From positions 1-64,000 of the IMG/VR virus record IMGVR_UViG_3300020471_000004: DNA of 64,000 nt; one strand, 5' to 3'. Positions within the stretch are counted from its first letter, which is position 1; each line of letters starts with the position of its first letter. The notes below the pieces were generated by a model. It saw only the letters and a list, made by a program, of their open reading frames with translations, was not told the DNA's origin and searched no databases. Both the position numbers and the translations under genes were made by a program. Below, piece after piece: positions 57,317 through 64,000 of this stretch.

Positions 57317-58963
57317 TTACGCGTCTGTGGCTGTAGAGCCAGTAGGGTTTACATTAAAGACAACGTGAATACGCTTGGCTGCAATAACAGGATCCATATA
57401 CATGTCCAGAATCACATCACCGTTAGCAATAGTGTCGTTGGTGTTGTTACGCGAATCACAGATATTTGTAAACTCGTAAACACCTTGACCTCTACGGATA
57501 GGCTCTAGAGTGCTATCAGCAATAGCTTTCATTCTGTCACGCAATAACTGGTCATTCGGACGGAATACTCCAATCTTACTACTGCGTACCATTGTTTTAA
57601 GTACGTGCTTGACTAGTCTAACAACGTTAACGTATTGGAAAGACGTAGCCTGTGTTTGAGTAGTAGACTGACCCCAGATAACGTTACCTTGACCTCGAGG
57701 CATTTTGCGAATCGGATTGATTTGCGCCTGGTCTAGTGCGTTACGTGCGCCTTGGTCATAGTGGACTCGCATACCTAAAACACTTAAAGAGCCTAGTTCG
57801 ATACCTGCAGGAGCAAACCATAAAGCACGGTCATTATCTGCTTTTGCAAATGCGGCAGCTACGTAACCTGAAGGCGGCACATAGATTTCTAAGTCATTAG
57901 CAGAGTCATATACCAACACATCACTTGAATAGATAGCACACGCATGGCTAGACATATTAAGGATGTTTTTCTTGTAGTTGATTGCATCGGCAACTTCTTG
58001 CATGTCGCTAGGCATATCAAGAATTGCTATACAGTCATTACGGGCTAGCGCAATTTCGTTCATTGCATGTTGCACAGTATGGTGAGTGTAACCACCGTTA
58101 ACCATAATATCAATATCGATTTCTTCCGGGTCGCTGTAATTTTCTTGCCACGCTTCAATGATTTGGTCATTGGTAACAGGTAGTCCGTCAGTACCTCCAT
58201 CGAGCTGTACACTAGCGGTATTGACAATATCAAACTCAGGACAAAGAGTATTGTTTCGACAACGAACGAGATTAGATTTCTTGTTGATTACTTCTTCAAT
58301 ATGCAACTGGTTACCAGCTTCATCTGATTCGTAATGGCGAGTAACAAGGAAACTTTCATCAGGCGCAACGTTACCTGTAGGTTTAGTACGGTAAACATCG
58401 ACATAGAAGTATAAGGGGTTATGACCGTTACCGCGTAAAGCAACACCGATAGGGTTAGATGGGCGTACAACGATAGTAATACCGTTGTTCCATTGACCGG
58501 GGTCTATTGCGCAGAAGTAGCAAGGTAAGCTCGTAACACCAGGCGTAGTAGGAGTAAATCCGTAAGTATTAAGCGGATCATCTTTACCTTGAGCATTGCC
58601 TGTGGCAGAGTCTTTGAATACAGTAAGGGCAAGTTGAGGATTTTGTGCGTTAACGTCATCCACACTTAACATTGCGCCTGCTGTGAGAGCGCCGTTAACT
58701 ACGCGAGTAACGTAACACATGCTTGATTGGTTTAAGAAAGGTTCAACAGAGTATGCCATGTAACCGTAGCTAGGGTCACCAAAGCCGAATTTAGCTTTGT
58801 ATTTTGCAAAATCTGTTACCAGGGTACGTTGACCAACAGGGCCACTAGGAGCAGCACCTACAAATGCAGCAATAGAGCTTGGCGCATTATCAGGTCTTTC
58901 GCTGAGGTCTTTGATATAACTGTAGACCCCGTAAGCTGGATTTGATGGGTTTATTGTAGACAT
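57317..58963 (-). CDS. tail sheath protein 2
   Basis: GVY, GPVG, YVTRV, DCIAILDMPSD, VPPSG, WFAPAG, IWG, NNTNDTIANGD motifs shared with sheath 1. Confidence 0.92.
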   Translation of the reverse strand: MSTINPSNPAYGVYSYIKDLSERPDNAPSSIAAFVGAAPSGPVGQRTLVTDFAKYKAKFGFGDPSYGYMAYSVEPFLNQSSMCYVTRVVNGALTAGAMLSVDDVNAQNPQLALTVFKDSATGNAQGKDDPLNTYGFTPTTPGVTSLPCYFCAIDPGQWNNGITIVVRPSNPIGVALRGNGHNPLYFYVDVYRTKPTGNVAPDESFLVTRHYESDEAGNQLHIEEVINKKSNLVRCRNNTLCPEFDIVNTASVQLDGGTDGLPVTNDQIIEAWQENYSDPEEIDIDIMVNGGYTHHTVQHAMNEIALARNDCIAILDMPSDMQEVADAINYKKNILNMSSHACAIYSSDVLVYDSANDLEIYVPPSGYVAAAFAKADNDRALWFAPAGIELGSLSVLGMRVHYDQGARNALDQAQINPIRKMPRGQGNVIWGQSTTQTQATSFQYVNVVRLVKHVLKTMVRSSKIGVFRPNDQLLRDRMKAIADSTLEPIRRGQGVYEFTNICDSRNNTNDTIANGDVILDMYMDPVIAAKRIHVVFNVNPTGSTATDA

Positions 58964-58967
58964 TAAG

Positions 58968-59049
58968 TAACTCCCTAAAGGAATAAGGCTTTTTATATAA
59001 AAGACCGTGTAAACAGCTTTACTATAAAATTATTAAACTTAGGGAGTTA
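58968..59049 (-). promoter_or_regulatory. candidate late promoter (59020..59032) nested inside an 11-bp anti-SD/SD inverted repeat
   Basis: taactccctaa (58968..58978) and ttagggagtta (59039..59049) are perfect complements; the first is the sheath-2 SD. Confidence 0.7.
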
Positions 59050-59067
59050 TTAAAGAGCGGAATATAA

Positions 59068-60165
59068 CTATCGAGCGCCAACAGCTCTACGAGCCATCAA
59101 CATCATTGTGCTGAATCGGTGGTGCAGTAAAGTTTTTACAGTAAGATTAGACTCCATCAAATGTTTCAACTTTTCTAAGTCAGTAACAGAGCCGTCCATT
59201 AAGAAAATGTCGTGTCCCATTACTAACTCAGGATGGCTGCAACGGTTTGCTAGTAAAGGTAAACAATCGTAATACATAGACTCTGCAATACAGTATCCGA
59301 AGTTTTCTTCTATTGAATGAGAAATCATTACCTTAGATTCAGCAAGAACTTTGTAGTACTCTTTCTTAGAAAGTCCTGCCTTTATTGTTACTAAACCTTT
59401 GGCGGCTAAAGCTTCTGCTTGACTTATCAAAGAGGGGTTGTTGCCTCTAAACGAAGACCTGCTGGTACAGATTACAATTTCACAACTGGGGTCTATATTG
59501 TTTTTGTAGTCTAGTGCTAGGTAAACACTTTGCATTGGACGTTTTTCAGTATCAAATCGATTAGGTAAAACAATTTGATTCTTTTTGGCTTTAACTTCTA
59601 CGCCCACATCAAACTGATCTTTAAACAGCGGGTTACCTGACACATAGATAATCTCAGAGATTGTTTGTTCAAGTGCCTGATCACCTATTGGTTTTACCCG
59701 TCTCTCAATAAAGGCGTTTTTATGGTACATACTACCAACAAATACCTGGTCACAAGCAAGAACCCAGCCTAGCTCAGTATAACGCTGATAAGACTCTGCG
59801 ATACTAAACGCATCTTCTACGGTGTAAGATGCTGCGTGAAGAAAGCCTGTGATTCTAACATTAATGCCGTTCATCTGGGACATTAATCGTACAGACTCTA
59901 GACCCCAGAACTCTATATCCCCGAAGAAAAAAGAATCTCCTTCGCTTACTTGACCTGAATTAAATAAAGCGCTTATCTTTTGCAACTGCACCATCTTATA
60001 GTGAATGGTACTGTTAATATCAAGGAAAGTACCTACAACAACTTCATCTTGCAAGGGAGTGCCGTCAATAATAACACAGTCATCAAAATACCCAGGTATT
60101 AAGTCATACCATTGTTGGGTGTACCGCTCTTCGAGAGGCTCTATAGGCACATAAAATACTGTCAT
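59068..60165 (-). CDS. GT-B (GT4-like) glycosyltransferase
   Basis: NRFDTEK and EENFGYCIAE (E-x7-E) motifs. Confidence 0.82.
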   Translation of the reverse strand: MTVFYVPIEPLEERYTQQWYDLIPGYFDDCVIIDGTPLQDEVVVGTFLDINSTIHYKMVQLQKISALFNSGQVSEGDSFFFGDIEFWGLESVRLMSQMNGINVRITGFLHAASYTVEDAFSIAESYQRYTELGWVLACDQVFVGSMYHKNAFIERRVKPIGDQALEQTISEIIYVSGNPLFKDQFDVGVEVKAKKNQIVLPNRFDTEKRPMQSVYLALDYKNNIDPSCEIVICTSRSSFRGNNPSLISQAEALAAKGLVTIKAGLSKKEYYKVLAESKVMISHSIEENFGYCIAESMYYDCLPLLANRCSHPELVMGHDIFLMDGSVTDLEKLKHLMESNLTVKTLLHHRFSTMMLMARRAVGAR

Positions 60166-60566
60166 AGCTCTTGGTCTCCTTCAAAATCCTCAGGAACTGT
60201 TTTGTATGCGCTTTCTACAGCAAAAGCATTTACATGTAAATCGCGATGAAATTTAATCTGGTCTGTAGGTTTAAGAAACCAGTAAGAGTCAGATTCAACG
60301 TGAAGCATTATAGATACCTCGTCAGGCCATTTCTCTGTAACCTGAGTAACTTCAAGAGTTATAAACATGCCTTGGTCTATTAGCCAAGCTAAATCTGAAG
60401 AAGAAGGATCAAGAGTGTTATCGTGGTCGCTTACGTAAATTGCTTTTACGCTAGATAATGTTTTATCATCTGCAAAAAGTGCTCTAGCACCAACTAGCTC
60501 TTGTGCATCACAAAAAAGAGTCTTAATACCTTTTAAGCGCCCTTCTACTTCTATTCCGATTTTCAT
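60162..60566 (-). CDS. hypothetical protein of the glycosyltransferase cluster
   Basis: GIEVEGRLKGIKTLF N-terminus; ATGA-coupled to the GT-B gene. Confidence 0.7.
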   Translation of the reverse strand: MKIGIEVEGRLKGIKTLFCDAQELVGARALFADDKTLSSVKAIYVSDHDNTLDPSSSDLAWLIDQGMFITLEVTQVTEKWPDEVSIMLHVESDSYWFLKPTDQIKFHRDLHVNAFAVESAYKTVPEDFEGDQEL

Positions 60567-60574
60567 AATGTACC

Positions 60575-61237
60575 TTAGTAATTGTATGTTAGTTGTTCTT
60601 TGTTGTAAGTAACGCTAAACCCTGAGAAAGGGTAGCTATTCAAAAAGAATGCCGCTGCCTGGTCAAGATTGGTTACTTGTTGTAGACCTGTGAAGTCATG
60701 TTTAGTTCCTACCGGACACTTTACAGAAAACGTAACCATATCTCCTGAGTGTGTCATTATGCGGCTTGAATACGCATAGATCATATCACTGGGTACGCAA
60801 GACTCGAACAACCAATACTTTTCGTCTTCAAACAGAGAAGCCTGACTAGGATATAACTCTAGCAAAGCTTCTCTCTTTTGTTTTTGTTGATCAGGTTCTA
60901 GCACATCAAACTCTACATTCATATCGATAGAGTAATACTGAATGTTAGAGAAATAACGCTTGGCAATATTGTTTACCATCTTGTGGTGAACGTGATTATC
61001 GCCGATGTTAGGGGCAAGAACAGGAGTTTCTGAATCAAAACGACTTCTTATAAACTTCTCAGGATCGCCGTCTGAAAAGTAAATAGGTATGCTGTACTTG
61101 TCCGAGAAAGTTTGTGCTTCGGCTATTCTGTCTTCAAACAAATCAAAGAAGTAAACTACGGCAGTTACTTCTTGATTAACTATTTGTCTCCAACAGCCGA
61201 TAAGCTCGTCATCAACATGAGGTGCTAGAACTATCAT
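60575..61237 (-). CDS. PIG-L/LmbE family N-deacetylase
   Basis: LAPHVDDELIGC, DNHVHH, YPSQ motifs. Confidence 0.85.
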   Translation of the reverse strand: MIVLAPHVDDELIGCWRQIVNQEVTAVVYFFDLFEDRIAEAQTFSDKYSIPIYFSDGDPEKFIRSRFDSETPVLAPNIGDNHVHHKMVNNIAKRYFSNIQYYSIDMNVEFDVLEPDQQKQKREALLELYPSQASLFEDEKYWLFESCVPSDMIYAYSSRIMTHSGDMVTFSVKCPVGTKHDFTGLQQVTNLDQAAAFFLNSYPFSGFSVTYNKEQLTYNY

Positions 61238-61791
61238 TAAAATACCTTAATAAGGTTATGCTCACCTGTATATTCAGGAGTAAGATAAATGCCTTGTGAC
61301 TCTAGGTAATCAAATACGTCTTGGTCAGTCCAGTCGTAAATAGGATAGACAAACGTAAGACCAAACATAGAATTCTCTAAAACAGGAGGCATATCTTTTC
61401 TGTTAATGTCTTGTCCATCTACCATCACAGTAGTGCATTTAACAGTACGGTCGTACTCTGCTCTGCGTGAACCGTCAATCTGCGCTTTGTAACCACAACG
61501 GTCAACATGGTCTTCCATGTGACTGCGGTGTACAAAGTTTACGTCCTGACCTTGAACTGCCATAGCATAAAGCAAGTTAACAGTATAGGGGTGTGTGTCA
61601 GGATAACCTTTAGCGTTGTGTACCCATTCAATTGAATTAGGGCCATTTTCTTGTTCAAACAAGTGTCGGACACATACGCTATCTTTTCCGCCTGATGTGC
61701 CGCCGTATATAGCAGATAATCCGAATCTGCCTACCGCTTCTGCAATAATAGCTTTTGCATTCTCTACCTTAGCTGCAAGTTCTTTATTCAT
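61237..61791 (-). CDS. PAPS reductase family (PP-loop) protein
   Basis: SGGKDS, GSRRAE, PIYDWTDQDV..Y. Start MNKEL at 61791 inferred from overlap. No C-terminal ECG motif. Confidence 0.8.
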   Translation of the reverse strand: MNKELAAKVENAKAIIAEAVGRFGLSAIYGGTSGGKDSVCVRHLFEQENGPNSIEWVHNAKGYPDTHPYTVNLLYAMAVQGQDVNFVHRSHMEDHVDRCGYKAQIDGSRRAEYDRTVKCTTVMVDGQDINRKDMPPVLENSMFGLTFVYPIYDWTDQDVFDYLESQGIYLTPEYTGEHNLIKVF

Positions 61792-62575
61792 CAGAATTTC
61801 CCCAAGTTTTTCCCGGAACGTCTTTTGTCCACAGGTCATTGTTTAAGTGAGAACCGGTACGGTCAGTGTGATAAGCATTTGCTACCAAGAACTCTAGGTC
61901 GGAGTCAAACAGCGAGCATATAAATACATCTACTCCTCTTTGACCTTTAGGCCAGCTTTTTAGTTTAGCCATTGCTTCTGCATTATTCTTTACAGATTTA
62001 GCAGACACCATAAAAGAGCCGCTGCTTAGACCTCGATTAGAAATATCGATAGCTACGTTGTGCTCTGTCTCTACATAATGCTTGTGTAGATAAGGCTTTG
62101 CTTGAGACAAACTGGTTGCCTTTTTTATCGCGTGTCCTATATCGAAGGGTTCATGTAAATAAGGATCCCAATCTGAATATTTTCTACGGTTAATCACTTC
62201 GTAAAATCCGTATAGGCATGCGCTACGTCCGTACTCTGCATGTTTAATCAAAGCATTACTTGTGATAGCAGGGACCAAAGAATCGTCATCTACACTTATC
62301 CAGTAATCTGCATCTGTACATTCCAGCATGTGGTGGTACATGTAAGCAAGAGACTTATCAGAAGAGTGTTTATGTACCACAAAGTCACTATCTCTACAAT
62401 GTGCTAGTGCACCTAGAGTATTCAAATAGTGGTCTATCGTTTCTGTTTCAAGAAAGTTAAGATTCATAACAAACTCGATACCGCCTTGATTGGTAAGTAT
62501 GTTGGTTGCAGCAGCATACACATCAATAAAACGGTCTACACTTGCACAAGAGGTGCTAAACATTATTCTGTTCAT
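61784..62575 (-). CDS. putative GT-A glycosyltransferase
   Basis: ADYWISVDDDS (DxD), GSFMV, GVD, late His; cluster context. Confidence 0.6.
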   Translation of the reverse strand: MNRIMFSTSCASVDRFIDVYAAATNILTNQGGIEFVMNLNFLETETIDHYLNTLGALAHCRDSDFVVHKHSSDKSLAYMYHHMLECTDADYWISVDDDSLVPAITSNALIKHAEYGRSACLYGFYEVINRRKYSDWDPYLHEPFDIGHAIKKATSLSQAKPYLHKHYVETEHNVAIDISNRGLSSGSFMVSAKSVKNNAEAMAKLKSWPKGQRGVDVFICSLFDSDLEFLVANAYHTDRTGSHLNNDLWTKDVPGKTWGNSDE

Positions 62576-62579
62576 ATGG

Positions 62580-62939
62580 TTATTCCCAAGTAAAGTCTAC
62601 ACGCGAACCGCATTCGCCGTCTTCTGAAACATCAACATAGAAGTTTCTTCTAGGATACTTTTCAGAGATATAAAGACCTAGGTCTTTGCACAACATTTCA
62701 CAGCTTTTGTGGTTTATGTCAATAGCGCCTGAGTCTAGTTGAGATTCTAGTTCTTCTTGGAACATGTGAAACTCTATCTCACGGTCATCGTGAAATACTT
62801 CGATACCGATTTCAAACTTAAACAAGTGTCGGTGTCGGGACTTCAAATACTCTACTTGATCAGGAGCATCAGGGTAGAAGTGAAAACCTTTACGTTGAAA
62901 GCGAACATAAATGGAAGTCTTTTGTTTTAAAATAGGCAT
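62580..62939 (-). CDS. QueD-like single T-fold protein
   Basis: GFH.YP.AP, HRHLF, HDDREIEF, SCEM, VSEDGE.G motifs. Start MPILK at 62939, 1 nt after the upstream stop. Confidence 0.7.
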   Translation of the reverse strand: MPILKQKTSIYVRFQRKGFHFYPDAPDQVEYLKSRHRHLFKFEIGIEVFHDDREIEFHMFQEELESQLDSGAIDINHKSCEMLCKDLGLYISEKYPRRNFYVDVSEDGECGSRVDFTWE

Positions 62940-62940
62940 A

Positions 62941-63747
62941 CTATTCCTCGAATGTGAATTCATCACTGTCTGTAGGCGAAACAAAAACACCAGAACGGTG
63001 CATTTCTATTTTGCGTTTATATATTGCTATCTTTTCTTTACAGAATTCGATAGTGGCGTTGAGCATGTTAAGATAAAACACGCTAGCTACTCTAGACCCA
63101 TGCAAAGTATACATGGTCATAACAGGATAGAATTCATCCTTCTTTATGTCTTCTATCTGATATTCAATTTCTGAGATTTTTATTTCTAGTTGTTCTTTCT
63201 CTACTGCTCTTTGCTCAAAGTCAGGACGGTTCTTTAAGTCTTTAAGGTAATCGGCTCGTGCTTTCTTATCAAAGACCAGTTTATAGATAGCTTTTAATTC
63301 ATCTAGGTCAAGCAGTTCGTATGCTTCAACAGCACGATGGTAAAAGTCTACCTTGCCTGAATCCCCTACTTTATCTGGATGTGTTTCGTTAACTATCTTT
63401 CGGTAGATCTCTCTGCAAATAGACTGGTGTGCTTTTGATATATCCCTTTCGTCTGCTTTGAAATCGTTTCCTTCCTCGTTAAGGTAATCGTCTTCATCTT
63501 GGTCTAGATCAGAACGCATCTGGGCACTGGTAAGTCTATCGAACTCTTCGGATATATCACTAAGCTCTGCCATCAAGCGCTCTTTTTCGGCAGCTTCCTC
63601 AATATTAGCACTGTCTACAATATCTAAAACTTCTTCATGGAGAACATTTAAAGCTTTAAGCTCTTTTTGTGAAGAAGCCAATAACTTTTTAAGTTTCGAA
63701 ATTTCTGAAACACTGACTTTGTAGGGATCGTACAGTACAGGTAACAT
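62941..63747 (-). CDS. J-domain (DnaJ-like) protein with flanking coiled coils
   Basis: YRKIVNETHPDKVG..F..A.EAYELL. Confidence 0.78.
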   Translation of the reverse strand: MLPVLYDPYKVSVSEISKLKKLLASSQKELKALNVLHEEVLDIVDSANIEEAAEKERLMAELSDISEEFDRLTSAQMRSDLDQDEDDYLNEEGNDFKADERDISKAHQSICREIYRKIVNETHPDKVGDSGKVDFYHRAVEAYELLDLDELKAIYKLVFDKKARADYLKDLKNRPDFEQRAVEKEQLEIKISEIEYQIEDIKKDEFYPVMTMYTLHGSRVASVFYLNMLNATIEFCKEKIAIYKRKIEMHRSGVFVSPTDSDEFTFEE

Positions 63748-63766
63748 GTTTAACGCCTTTTAGTAG

Positions 63767-63788
63767 AATAGGGGCATTTGCCCCTATT
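63767..63788. terminator. intergenic hairpin, possible terminator
   Basis: aataggggc-attt-gcccctatt; U-tract weak on the minus strand. Confidence 0.45.
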
Positions 63789-63794
63789 TATTAT

Positions 63795-63992
63795 TTAACA
63801 AGTTTCTTTAACTAAAGAACTAATGTCTTTTTGAATCAAATCTTTTATGTGGTCAGGCACAACATTGCGTGTACACAGATGCTTTCGCAACCAAAGTAGG
63901 TTACATCCATGTTTATCAACAACCCGTCTATTTTTAGGAAGGTCTAAAGATTTAGATTCTAAAAACTCATTTAGTTGGTCAAGCTTAGTCAC
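63795..63992 (-). CDS. hypothetical protein
   Basis: 65 aa, same strand as its neighbours, GTG start. Confidence 0.55.
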   Translation of the reverse strand: MTKLDQLNEFLESKSLDLPKNRRVVDKHGCNLLWLRKHLCTRNVVPDHIKDLIQKDISSLVKETC

Positions 63993-64000
63993 AATTTTTC

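Noticed and set aside
61237-61791. cysH as a sulfur-assimilation auxiliary gene
   Set aside because: Lacks the C-terminal catalytic Cys motif and sits in a glycosyltransferase operon, so no gene symbol was given.
837-63174. The many other short plus-strand ORFs
   Set aside because: Essentially all lie opposite longer, coupled minus-strand genes and show no recognisable motifs.
1-64000. Stop-codon reassignment, introns/inteins, tRNA genes
   Set aside because: Standard code gives dense full-length genes ending in all three stops; no split conserved genes or cloverleafs noticed by eye (tRNAscan not run).

Overview
This is a 64 kb piece of a large lytic myovirus (jumbo-phage type) genome. Nearly every real gene is on the minus strand and tightly packed, with frequent TAATG/ATGA overlaps. 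In transcription order (high to low coordinates) it holds: (1) a J-domain gene and a putative nucleotide/DNA-modification cluster (QueD-like, GT-A, PAPS-reductase-like, PIG-L deacetylase, GT-B); (2) a second tail-sheath gene, fibre/Ig-domain genes and an array of five paralogous virion genes; (3) a ~20 kb block of mostly Lys/Arg-rich genes with an NAD+ ligase, TPR-glycosyltransferase, prohead protease, HExxH peptidase, type IB topoisomerase and a DarA-C-like domain; (4) the head module (acidic scaffold, decoration protein, major capsid); (5) a T4-like contractile tail/baseplate module; (6) a tandem QueD-like gene and more fibre-like genes. The layout resembles what I recall of RSL1/Lu11/PaBG-type jumbo myoviruses (inference, no search run). 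Main observation: about 15 otherwise unrelated proteins, including the topoisomerase, share a short N-terminal tag (M-x-hydrophobic strand ending in S-[L/E/N/S]-S). The same S-x-S motif recurs many times in the scaffold and inside several tagged proteins. This suggests a capsid-addressing and protease-maturation system that loads an enzyme cargo into the head. Also visible are a candidate late promoter (TAATTT[A/T]AT[A/T]) and an anti-Shine-Dalgarno switch that straddles it upstream of sheath gene 2. No rRNA, tRNA, CRISPR array or mobile element was recognised. All family calls come from motif recognition by eye.
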